From positions 1 to 64,000 of IMG/VR virus record IMGVR_UViG_3300011947_000001: a DNA stretch of 64,000 nucleotides; one strand, written 5' to 3'. Source of the DNA: a virus. Its lineage: Duplodnaviria > Caudoviricetes. Each line of letters starts with the position of its first letter. Within the stretch, counting starts at the first letter, position 1. Below, in pieces: positions 50,449 to 59,270 of the stretch. Both the position numbers and the translations under genes were made by a program. Below the pieces are notes generated by a model that saw only the letters and a program-made list of their open reading frames with translations, was not told the DNA's origin and did not search any database.

Positions 50449-50770
50449 ATATAATCACCTTTTTTACTTTCGCTTCGACAAATTCATAATTTACATATTC
50501 AGCGCCAATATAAGAATGATAATGACCATTAAATTTCACCAACTGCTTTTCCCCAGTCACCTCATCTGTAAACTCATATACTGTGTAGTATTCCAGACCT
50601 TTGTTTTCCCCGCCTTGTTGGTGAATCTGTTTATACAGAAAACCATACATTTCAATTACATATTTTCTGGTTTCTTCTTCAAGAATAGTTAATAAATCAC
50701 CATTAAACATATACTTACAAATACTTTCATCTTTCAGTAATTCGGTTAACTTATCCTTTAAAGTAGACAT
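50441..50770 (-). CDS. small acidic paralogue family member E
   Basis: YEFTDEVTGEKQLVKFNGHYHSYIGAEYVNYEFVEAKVKKVIIYE. Confidence 0.75.
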   Translation of the reverse strand: MSTLKDKLTELLKDESICKYMFNGDLLTILEEETRKYVIEMYGFLYKQIHQQGGENKGLEYYTVYEFTDEVTGEKQLVKFNGHYHSYIGAEYVNYEFVEAKVKKVIIYE

Positions 50771-51593
50771 GATCCTTTCCCTCTTTCAATTTCAAATAGT
50801 CTTCAATCATCAAAAACCGAACCTTTCTGAACAGTTTATTTACCAATTCTGGATAATTATCAATTGCATAATCACGGAACCAGCCGCTAGTCAATGTGGT
50901 ACAAACCTTATCCAAGGATAAAATAAATGCAGTCTGATAACCAAATTTGTAATCCCTTGGGATCAGGAATCGTTCAAACGCAATAACAGTTGCTTCTTCC
51001 ATGATACATAGAAGCTTTTCCTGATGTGTAAACTGATCCCATTTATCTTTGATACACCAAACAGAATCAACACTGGTATCTTGCATGCGCTTATACATGG
51101 GTACATCATTATATGCCACTACTTCATGTAGATAATCATGATCGAATTTCTTCACCACGAAATCATCAAAAAACTGATCCTTGGTTTTCTTCAATGATGG
51201 ATGTTTATATGGGTATGCTTGCATAGTTAATTCAGTACGTTCTTTTAATAACGCATGATCATACTCATCATATTCAAACGATCCATCCATGATATGTTTA
51301 TGATACATGGTGATGTGCTTCTGGAACCCTAGATCACGCCACAAATGGCTTCTTTTGACGATAGATAGACCTTTCAGGTTTAGAGGGTATAACTCCACCC
51401 CATTGTGTATAATAGGCGGTAAAGTGGCGTAGCGTTCCAATTTGAAGCAGTTTAGGTGATCTGGATCATGGACTTCAGCCCAATCTAATTTATCATAGGT
51501 GATTACATCCCAATCCGTCCATTCACGGATATGAGAATTGTAATCTGGTTTATTAGCTGCTAATGCACGTGATCCAATTAGTATATTCTTCAT
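50751..51593 (-). CDS. phage protein with N-terminal nucleotidyltransferase-like motif
   Basis: LIGSRAL...TDWDVIT; HDYLHE; KVCTTLTSGWFR. Confidence 0.65.
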   Translation of the reverse strand: MKNILIGSRALAANKPDYNSHIREWTDWDVITYDKLDWAEVHDPDHLNCFKLERYATLPPIIHNGVELYPLNLKGLSIVKRSHLWRDLGFQKHITMYHKHIMDGSFEYDEYDHALLKERTELTMQAYPYKHPSLKKTKDQFFDDFVVKKFDHDYLHEVVAYNDVPMYKRMQDTSVDSVWCIKDKWDQFTHQEKLLCIMEEATVIAFERFLIPRDYKFGYQTAFILSLDKVCTTLTSGWFRDYAIDNYPELVNKLFRKVRFLMIEDYLKLKEGKDHVYFKG

Positions 51594-52195
51594 TGTGATT
51601 CCAACCACTTTGTAACAAGTTCTTCAGATGCAGTCTTTGAATTAAAAACCCAGCAACCGTCCATAAGAATATAGTGATCAGGGAAATCCACGACCGAAAC
51701 CTTACATTTACGCATATATTGACCCCATGAATCACGATCTACAAATTGACGCTTATATCCAAGATCATGAACATAATCATATAACTTATCACATTGCGCT
51801 TGAAAATTATCATAGTCCAAAAGGAACCAGCGACCTTCATGTAAATCACCCTTCACCCCAAAAATATTATTATACTCAAAGGTATATAAAGACGATAAAT
51901 CTAGGTGCTTCAAATCTTCAGTCGAATAAGCTCGAATATTTGGAGCAACATGTTTTTCATAAAATTTAGTGATATAGTAATTGTCTGTTATATCAATTAT
52001 ATAATCATCAATCGATTCAGGTTTAATAATGAATGCTTGTTTACCATTATAATAAAAGTTTGTTGATTGAACATATGGTTCAGTATTATCCAGTGATTCA
52101 ATTATAGAAACTGCCGATAATCCACTCACTTCCTTAAAATGAATTCTTTGAGTTTCAATAGTTCTTTTTTTACTTTCTATTTTTAGCTTATTCAT
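51590..52195 (-). CDS. hypothetical protein (201 aa)
   Basis: ORF track; no clear SD at ATG 52195. Confidence 0.65.
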   Translation of the reverse strand: MNKLKIESKKRTIETQRIHFKEVSGLSAVSIIESLDNTEPYVQSTNFYYNGKQAFIIKPESIDDYIIDITDNYYITKFYEKHVAPNIRAYSTEDLKHLDLSSLYTFEYNNIFGVKGDLHEGRWFLLDYDNFQAQCDKLYDYVHDLGYKRQFVDRDSWGQYMRKCKVSVVDFPDHYILMDGCWVFNSKTASEELVTKWLESQ

Positions 52196-52214
52196 AGAAT
52201 GAACACATATGGTA

Positions 52215-52371
52215 ACTATATTTGCGAAGTAAACTTATACAGCTATCATCAGCTAAAATTCACTTCCAAATATAATTGATCTCAACATCGTGGTAATTTT
52301 AACATCATCACGATGTTGAGATCACCGCTTCCAATCACCCAAGGGTTTAGTTAAACGGTTCGCTGTTTACG
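52215..52371 (-). ncRNA. candidate structured RNA or leader with two abutting long hairpins
   Basis: 16-bp perfect stem (52277-52292 / 52309-52324) and an 18-bp bulged stem (52215-52233 / 52259-52276), downstream of a TTGACA-18-TATAAT promoter at 52378-52407. Confidence 0.4.
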
Positions 52372-52403
52372 AATTTGATTATATAATAACAAATATGAGT
52401 TTG

Positions 52404-52721
52404 TCAAACTTTTTTAAGGGTTGTTTTATATAACCAAGCGTTATTATGAATTTGAGGATCACGATATAATTCTACTGATTCAACAGTATAGCCATCAACT
52501 TTATCCCCAATTACATGTGGGGGAGCTATTTCTAAATACCCTTCTTCTGGATAATCACCCGACCAAATCCACATAGAAGTATCACGCATTTTCTGAATCA
52601 GATTTTCAGGTATAGGAATATAACCAAAGTCATTTAACCAGTCTTCATCACAACCTGACAACCATTGAATAGATACTAAATCTTTTTCACTAACAAGATC
52701 ATATTTGTAATTAATCGACAT
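52404..52721 (-). CDS. hypothetical protein (105 aa)
   Basis: ORF track; GGTG SD. Confidence 0.7.
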   Translation of the reverse strand: MSINYKYDLVSEKDLVSIQWLSGCDEDWLNDFGYIPIPENLIQKMRDTSMWIWSGDYPEEGYLEIAPPHVIGDKVDGYTVESVELYRDPQIHNNAWLYKTTLKKV

Positions 52722-52780
52722 TTCATTTCACCATTTTAATTTAAATAAGAACATAATATATATTTAACAGTGTAGATACA

Positions 52781-53587
52781 ATGAAATACGTTGATTTTTT
52801 AATCGAAAAGAAAAAATACGATAATACCGATGAAATCGATATAGAAGAATTCAAAAAAATATACGCTAATCTTGATAACAAGAAGCCGTTCTACCGTGGA
52901 ATGAAAAGTGCCCCTAGTGATATCATGATTGTCGATGGTTCCAAACGAGAACGAAAATCATTGGACATCGGGAACCATTACACCGTTCTGTTTGATGAAA
53001 TGAATAAAGATTTACCAAACCGAAAAAATGCAGTCTTTTTTTCTGGTAGTAACAACGTTTCATTCTTTGGCACAGTTTATTATGTGTTTCCATTCAACAA
53101 TACCAAGATCGTATGTGTTAATAAAAAGGATATGTGGGGAGTACCAGTTTATACTCCATTGAAATCTAAAAGAAAATCATTTATCGATATGCAAGATGTT
53201 ATCAATATATTTGACACGCTAAATATTCCTGATGATAGTTTATCTAGTATCGTCAGTGGAATCAAAAAGATTGTGAAAAATTTTGTTGATAAATATCCAC
53301 AAAAAGTAGATCATGAAATGATTGAATTCATTGATGCAACTCATATCAATAAGTTATTACATGACGATAAATATGACGAAGTATTAGCTATTATGTTTGA
53401 ATATAATGATGCTACTGTTGAAAGTCAGCTTAAACAAATGTTTAACTATGAAAAATTGAAGTTCAGTGTATATAATTCATCTAAAGATTTACCTGATAGC
53501 TATCTACCCTATGAATATTGGATTGATGGTAAAGCACTGATTATCGATAAATCATTATTCGATTCCATTAGAAAAGACCTTGAATAA
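52781..53587 (+). CDS. putative internal virion protein, ADP-ribosyltransferase-like paralogue 3
   Basis: MKYVDFLIE; PFYRG, RKSLDIGNHYT, RKNAVFFS, FGTVYYVFPF, EYWIDGK; TTAAATA at 52741-52747. Confidence 0.62.
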   Translation: MKYVDFLIEKKKYDNTDEIDIEEFKKIYANLDNKKPFYRGMKSAPSDIMIVDGSKRERKSLDIGNHYTVLFDEMNKDLPNRKNAVFFSGSNNVSFFGTVYYVFPFNNTKIVCVNKKDMWGVPVYTPLKSKRKSFIDMQDVINIFDTLNIPDDSLSSIVSGIKKIVKNFVDKYPQKVDHEMIEFIDATHINKLLHDDKYDEVLAIMFEYNDATVESQLKQMFNYEKLKFSVYNSSKDLPDSYLPYEYWIDGKALIIDKSLFDSIRKDLE

Positions 53588-53596
53588 GGTCTTTTC
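53571..53596. terminator. bidirectional intrinsic terminator
   Basis: GAAAAGACCTT-GAAT-AAGGTCTTTTC. Confidence 0.75.
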
Positions 53597-53598
53597 TT

Positions 53599-53985
53599 TT
53601 ATAATCCCATTTCTTTAGTAATTGGTATGCATATCGCCATGACCTGCTTACATTGCATTACTGTGAACATACCAATATGACAATCCTTAGCTTCGATTCT
53701 CATTTTTTCTGACAGCATCTTATATGCTTCAGATCGTGACATTTTTCCAGATTTCCAAAGCTTATCAAATACATTATGCGCCAAAAGCTTATTCTTTCTT
53801 AGTTCCGCATTAGCCAATCGCCCTAATGGATTATCTGTATTTGGATGACAACCCACATACGCACCACATGGATTACAAAGATAGAAGTTTTTTTCATGTA
53901 GCTTTGATAAATGTGGATATATTACATCACCTTTCACCAAAGATGATTTCTGATCACAATAAGGACAGATAGGATGCTTAGACAT
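53599..53985 (-). CDS. zinc-finger protein (DUF3268-like)
   Basis: Start refined to MSKHPICPYC; CNPCGAYVGCH...PLGRLANAELR...AH...FD-x-LWK...CHIG. Confidence 0.8.
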   Translation of the reverse strand: MSKHPICPYCDQKSSLVKGDVIYPHLSKLHEKNFYLCNPCGAYVGCHPNTDNPLGRLANAELRKNKLLAHNVFDKLWKSGKMSRSEAYKMLSEKMRIEAKDCHIGMFTVMQCKQVMAICIPITKEMGL

Positions 53986-54001
53986 ATGATTTATAAAATA
54001 T

Positions 54002-54031
54002 AAAATGGTATGATCGGAACCATACCATTTT
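54002..54031 (-). terminator. terminator of the four-gene ART-like operon
   Basis: AAAATGGTATG-8 nt-CATACCATTTT. Confidence 0.7.
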
Positions 54032-54049
54032 TGTATACACAAAGTCAAA

Positions 54050-55030
54050 TTAGACTTTCTTTTTGATTTCTTCCCATTTGTCATAAGCCACGGCAACACA
54101 TTTGTCGCCAAACCAACATTCAATATCTTCATGATCCGTGTGTTGATTCAAACGTTCAGTTTTGATCAATTCAAACCCTAAGTCATACGGATCATATACA
54201 TCGCGAATAACTTTTTCTATTTCATCGCGGGAAAGTTCTTCATAACCAAACATTCTAACAAGAATAGCATATTTTGCCATATTACTATCTTCCAATGCAT
54301 CAGCAAGGGCATCTGCATCATTAGCCAAATCAAATCCAAAATGTGTTTCTGTATCATTCACAATATCTTTGATTGCATCTTCATCAGCTTCATAATCTTC
54401 ATCATAATCATCATCATCTTCATCATGCGAATCGTGATATATATCTTCAGCATATTGCTTTATTTCCATAAGACCGTCGCGATGATCACGCACCAACACA
54501 TTAAGAATATCATAATAATTAGAATCGCTGATATTCATGAATTCGAACACACGGTTCCATTGATTGATTTTTAGATCAAAATCACCAATTTCTATATCTG
54601 TAGTCCAAATATCTTCAGTACCAATATAACCAATATCAACACCTTTGAATGGCAAGATCACATACAATTTTCCGTAGTGTTCAGCCGTCTTTTTAGATGT
54701 CGAACAGATGATTGATTCAGAACGTAACGGGTAATTCTTATAATTAGCCCCAGTTTTGAGAATTTCATCAATGATCACGGTATAATAGTTAGTCGTATTC
54801 TTAGATGTACGTTTTCCCTTGGAACCATCAATGATATAGAAATCACCCTCATCTTCAAACCCACGATATAGATAGTTCTTGACATCACATTTATCTTTGA
54901 TCAACTTGACGATTTCATCTTCATTGTCGATCTTCTTGCGATAATTTGTCATGTCCTTGAACATTGGATGCGGGTCTTTATCTTCTTTTTTATCTGATTC
55001 AATGATCAGTTTGTATTGTTTAAATTTCAT
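54050..55030 (-). CDS. ADP-ribosyltransferase-like paralogue 4 (with poly-Asp/Glu insert)
   Basis: MKFKQYKLIIE; YLYRG, RTSKNTTNYYT, PLRSESIICSTSKKTAEHYG, YVILPF, ECWFGDKC. Confidence 0.68.
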   Translation of the reverse strand: MKFKQYKLIIESDKKEDKDPHPMFKDMTNYRKKIDNEDEIVKLIKDKCDVKNYLYRGFEDEGDFYIIDGSKGKRTSKNTTNYYTVIIDEILKTGANYKNYPLRSESIICSTSKKTAEHYGKLYVILPFKGVDIGYIGTEDIWTTDIEIGDFDLKINQWNRVFEFMNISDSNYYDILNVLVRDHRDGLMEIKQYAEDIYHDSHDEDDDDYDEDYEADEDAIKDIVNDTETHFGFDLANDADALADALEDSNMAKYAILVRMFGYEELSRDEIEKVIRDVYDPYDLGFELIKTERLNQHTDHEDIECWFGDKCVAVAYDKWEEIKKKV

Positions 55031-55039
55031 TAGATAACC

Positions 55040-56167
55040 TTAGTAAAAAATAAAATATTCATAATCTTTATTATATTTGTCATTATGGATTTTAAAACCA
55101 TCAATATCTAAATATTCAACAAACTCATCAAAATCAGCGTATTTCAGATATTCGATTATTGTGTCAGTTTCTTCAATATCTTCCAATTTAGAGTCGAGAA
55201 GTTCTTCAAAATCAGCCTTTCCACTTGACTTAACATGCTTTGCGAATAACTTAAAGAAATCTTCGGCCGAAATTTTATCTGCCAATGTTCCACCAATTTC
55301 AATAATTTTCTTTTCTTTCAGATTGATTAATTCTGGTTCATAATCATCATCTGCATATTCCACATATTCATATGCATACTTATCAACATTGTAATGTTCA
55401 TCCTTTTTAAACAAAATAATATGATCTTCATCAAGATTGTGTAATATATAATCTAACTTTTCATATTGTTCCGATTCAATCAGAAGGCACTTACCCCCAA
55501 TCCAAACTTCACCCTCACTACCTTTATAGTCTTTACTTTGAATAAACTTGAACCCTAATTTATCTAAATCATACATTTCACGGATTTGTTGTTCAACGTT
55601 TTCTTGAGATTTTAAGTTGCCCCCAAAGTGATCTTTAAATTCGTCTTCAGACATACTTTCGATTTCTTCAGCTATATTACCAATACTACCTGAAGGTATA
55701 CCAGCTTTTGAAAAAGTATCATTCATGGAACTCAAACTCTTACTACCAAGAGCTAATTTAACCCTTAAATCCCAAATATCTTCTGATGGTACAACCCCAA
55801 TCCATGTATCGTCATATGGAATTACGTTATATACAGTCCCATATTTCTTTGCATAGTTTCTATCTGTTGATGCAATGATAGAAGCTGAACGCAATGGGTA
55901 ATCTTTGTTCTTTTCTGCAATTAATTCATCAAAAATTAAAGTATAATGATTCGATGTATTTTGTGACTTACGCTTGCCTTTCTGACCTTCAATGATATTG
56001 TATGTTCGATGCTTACTTTTGGTTCCCCGATAAATATCAGCTTTGTTAGCCATACAATGTTTTTTGTATATTTCAACCATTTTAGCAAATGTGATATCTT
56101 CATAATAAGCAGCATCATTATCAGCAGCTTCATTTAACACTAAAATTTTATAAGTATTGTATTTCAT
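55040..56167 (-). CDS. ADP-ribosyltransferase-like paralogue 5 (acidic C-terminal extension of about 130 aa)
   Basis: MKYNTYKILVLNE; IYRG, RKSQNTSNHYT, PLRSASIIASTDRNYAKKYG, YNVIPYD, EGEVWIGGKC. Confidence 0.68.
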   Translation of the reverse strand: MKYNTYKILVLNEAADNDAAYYEDITFAKMVEIYKKHCMANKADIYRGTKSKHRTYNIIEGQKGKRKSQNTSNHYTLIFDELIAEKNKDYPLRSASIIASTDRNYAKKYGTVYNVIPYDDTWIGVVPSEDIWDLRVKLALGSKSLSSMNDTFSKAGIPSGSIGNIAEEIESMSEDEFKDHFGGNLKSQENVEQQIREMYDLDKLGFKFIQSKDYKGSEGEVWIGGKCLLIESEQYEKLDYILHNLDEDHIILFKKDEHYNVDKYAYEYVEYADDDYEPELINLKEKKIIEIGGTLADKISAEDFFKLFAKHVKSSGKADFEELLDSKLEDIEETDTIIEYLKYADFDEFVEYLDIDGFKIHNDKYNKDYEYFIFY

Positions 56168-56952
56168 TATTCGAATTTCCCATCTTTAAGCATTTTTTTA
56201 TATGTATCTAACTCAATAGCGACACATTTGCCACTAAACCAAACTTCGTGAGCACCACTAAGATCAAGTTCGTCGATTTTTCCAAACTGAAACTTCAAAA
56301 CCTTAATAGGATCATATGCCACGGCTAGAACTTTTTCGACGACATCTTTCTTATCAGCCTTACTAAACGGCATTATTTTCAAATCTTGATATTCTTTTTT
56401 GAATGCCTGATATAAATTCTTTTCTTCATAATCTGTTATATCACCTTCATCCTGTTCAAGAACTTTGGATAAATCCGAAACGATCTGTTTGAATGTTTCT
56501 GGTTCCTTTGAAAATCTATTCAAATATTCATTGAATGATCTTAGACGACCATGTTTATTTCCAAGGACAACGACGGCATCCCAAATATCATCTGATACAC
56601 ACCTACCCATCTGAATACCATCATATGGAAAGATTGCATAAGTAGTACCATACATCAAAGCAGTTGCACTCCTAGTAGCACACATTAAAGACTTAGAACG
56701 CAATGGTGCATTAATTTTCTTTAATTGTTCATCTATAATTAAAGTGTAATGATTAGTTGTATCAATTGATTTTCTTGTACGTTCTTCACCATGTAACGCA
56801 AGAAATTTACCAGATTTCTTGATGCCGCGATAAAGCGGCTTTTTCAAATCAATATTTTTACAATTCTTTTTAATCAGTTCAATTGCTTGTTCTTCGCTAA
56901 TTTCCTTTTTGTAATCAGCATAGGCTTCGTTTATAAACTCAATAAACTTCAT
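56167..56952 (-). CDS. ADP-ribosyltransferase-like paralogue 6
   Basis: MKFIEFINE; PLYRG, RKSIDTTNHYT, PLRSKSLMCAT...ALMYG, YAIFPYD, HEVWFSGKC. Confidence 0.68.
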   Translation of the reverse strand: MKFIEFINEAYADYKKEISEEQAIELIKKNCKNIDLKKPLYRGIKKSGKFLALHGEERTRKSIDTTNHYTLIIDEQLKKINAPLRSKSLMCATRSATALMYGTTYAIFPYDGIQMGRCVSDDIWDAVVVLGNKHGRLRSFNEYLNRFSKEPETFKQIVSDLSKVLEQDEGDITDYEEKNLYQAFKKEYQDLKIMPFSKADKKDVVEKVLAVAYDPIKVLKFQFGKIDELDLSGAHEVWFSGKCVAIELDTYKKMLKDGKFE

Positions 56953-57785
56953 TCGAATTTCCCATTTCTTATCATCATTTTAAATTCTGTAATCTCAATA
57001 GCAACACATTTACCCCCAAACCAGAATTCATGTTCGGTATCAAGTTCATCGATTTCTAATTCCTTATACGTACCAAATTCAAATTCCAATGAATGTTCAG
57101 GATCATAAGCCTGTTCTAGAACCCCTTCGACAACATCTTTCTTATCGACTTCATCCCATTCTTCATCATCACCCCATTCTTCCCACGTATCCTTGAATGC
57201 AGCATATATTTGACCAGCCCAACCCTTAGCGCCATCATTTGAATCATCATTAAGAAATTTTGTGATTGCATTTACAATATCGCTGTATGACTTTGGATCA
57301 GACACAACATCATTCAAGTAATTGTTGATGTCATCAATCGTACCTCTTATATCACCCAATGCTATTCTCGTATGCCAAATATCAAAATGTGGACATTTGC
57401 CAATTTCAGTATCATCGTATGGAAAAATTACGAACGCATCACCATAGTTATATGTATAAGATAAGTCATTGGTACAAATTAAAGATTTTCCACGAAATGG
57501 AACCCTATTCCCATACTTCGAATTAAGAAAATGATCAATAATCAGGGTATAGTGATTGCTGGTATTTTGAGATTTTCGACTTCCTTTATCAGCCTGTATT
57601 GAATAAAAATCTTCCCCATATTTGCGTTTCATACCACGGTATAATGGCTTTTTAATGTTTACATTCTTACAATGAGTCTTGATCAGTTTAATCGCTTCTT
57701 CTTCAGAAATAGTGTTTTTATAACTTGGTTCATCCAGAACTGGTTTCTTTCCGCTTGTTTCCAGTAGGAATGTTTTGTATTTCAT
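56949..57785 (-). CDS. ADP-ribosyltransferase-like paralogue 7
   Basis: Start refined to ATG 57785 (MKYKTFLLE); PLYRG, RKSQNTSNHYT, PFRGKSLICTN...YG, FVIFPYD, HEFWFGGKC; TTAAATA at 57864-57870. Confidence 0.68.
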   Translation of the reverse strand: MKYKTFLLETSGKKPVLDEPSYKNTISEEEAIKLIKTHCKNVNIKKPLYRGMKRKYGEDFYSIQADKGSRKSQNTSNHYTLIIDHFLNSKYGNRVPFRGKSLICTNDLSYTYNYGDAFVIFPYDDTEIGKCPHFDIWHTRIALGDIRGTIDDINNYLNDVVSDPKSYSDIVNAITKFLNDDSNDGAKGWAGQIYAAFKDTWEEWGDDEEWDEVDKKDVVEGVLEQAYDPEHSLEFEFGTYKELEIDELDTEHEFWFGGKCVAIEITEFKMMIRNGKFE

Positions 57786-57837
57786 TATGTATATCTCAAA
57801 TGATTTGTATCTGATTATATTTAGAATATTTGGCGAT

Positions 57838-57866
57838 TTGACTATTTTAATCATATTTGATACTAT
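57838..57866 (+). promoter_or_regulatory. sigma70-type promoter, overlapping the divergent late TTAAATA
   Basis: TTGACT-17 nt-TACTAT. Confidence 0.7.
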
Positions 57867-57906
57867 TTAATCATCAGATAGATCATTGGATTATCAGGAA
57901 AACGTC

Positions 57907-58524
57907 ATGAATAAGAAATCACTTTACTTCGCAAATCGCATCTCTCGTCACGCTAATGTTGCAGCTAGAATCACTGAACACAACATGAAAGATTCTTATT
58001 GGGCGAATTACTTCAACGTTGATCCAAATGATCCAGAATTGTTCTATCATGGTAGTCCTGTTCAATCACATTTTGTCGATTTAGTTAGAAAACTTCGCCT
58101 TCATCATGGCGAAACTTATAGCGTTGAAGTGACAATTGGGAACCCACTTCGCGAAGCAATCAAAAAACATACTGCTGGCGTTGCTGATCCAGATAAAGTG
58201 ATTGATATTACACTTGACCTAATCAACAAAACTCGTTTATTCATGGATGACTGTAACAACACCGCTAAAACTGTGTTTAAAGATATCCTTCATATCTGTG
58301 CTGAAGATTTTGGTGCTGGTAAAGCCCTGAAAATTGTAATTGAAGTTATCGATAATGTTGAAGAAGGTTCTTTAGCGTATGACTTCAAAGCGAAGAAATA
58401 CATCCACAATGCCAATGAAATTGACTATGGTACTTGTGTTCTGACTAAAGACCTTCTGAAATCAATCATCAATATACGTGATCATAATGAGATTATTGAA
58501 AAATTGTACGGTTTCACATTATAA
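57907..58524 (+). CDS. hypothetical protein
   Basis: ATG 57907 with AGGA SD. Confidence 0.75.
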   Translation: MNKKSLYFANRISRHANVAARITEHNMKDSYWANYFNVDPNDPELFYHGSPVQSHFVDLVRKLRLHHGETYSVEVTIGNPLREAIKKHTAGVADPDKVIDITLDLINKTRLFMDDCNNTAKTVFKDILHICAEDFGAGKALKIVIEVIDNVEEGSLAYDFKAKKYIHNANEIDYGTCVLTKDLLKSIINIRDHNEIIEKLYGFTL

Positions 58525-58633
58525 ATATACTCCTTTTCCCCAAATATGCTAAATAAACATATAGATTTAGCATATTTGGTCATATCCAATTATAAAAATA
58601 ATATCATAACAAGAAAATAAAGAGGAAAAGAAC

Positions 58634-59230
58634 ATGTCATTCGCTGACTTTTTAACTGAAGCCAAAGCAGCATTAAAACGTAAATACAAGATTCGCTTCA
58701 ACCTTGGTAAAGGCGAACACTTTATGTTTTGGCAAATCGAAAATCTAGAAACTGGTGAAAAAGTTTACTACGATCCTAAGAAATATTCACTTGCTTTAGA
58801 AAACGCTAAACTACATAACCAAAAAGGCGGCGCTAACAAGATCAATACTGGGGAAACTACCAAAACTGTTGTTGCATGGACTGAAGCAGAAAAAGTAATC
58901 GTACTTAAAGCAAAATCACTAAGCCCTGCTTTATATGGCACTCGTTTAGCCTACAATCCACACGTTCTTCCATTCTGGCATCGTACTGCTACTGAAGAAG
59001 AAACTAAGTCTGGTAAAGCAACCAAGGTTCCAGAAAAAAATACCCGTGGCGATGATATTAAAAATGCTGGTGAAATGGTTGTTGATATCGACAAAACCAA
59101 ATATACAAATGTTCTAACTGACGGTAGCAGCATGTATGTTCTTAAAGATGCTAAACTTAAAGAACTGGAAGATGATATTGAAAAAGACCAGACTAAACAA
59201 CTTTATGAAGCAGTTGAAATCATTGAATAA
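58634..59230 (+). CDS. putative internal virion protein, unknown function
   Basis: MSFADFLTE; KIRFNLGKGEHFMFWQ...YYDP; TATAAATA at 58520-58527 and CTAAATA at 58549-58555; GAGG SD. Confidence 0.65.
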   Translation: MSFADFLTEAKAALKRKYKIRFNLGKGEHFMFWQIENLETGEKVYYDPKKYSLALENAKLHNQKGGANKINTGETTKTVVAWTEAEKVIVLKAKSLSPALYGTRLAYNPHVLPFWHRTATEEETKSGKATKVPEKNTRGDDIKNAGEMVVDIDKTKYTNVLTDGSSMYVLKDAKLKELEDDIEKDQTKQLYEAVEIIE

Positions 59231-59243
59231 TATTCAATAGTTA

Positions 59244-59270
59244 AAAAAGCCGATCATTGATCGGCTTTTT
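59244..59270. terminator. bidirectional intrinsic terminator
   Basis: AAAAAGCCGATCA-T-TGATCGGCTTTTT. Confidence 0.8.
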
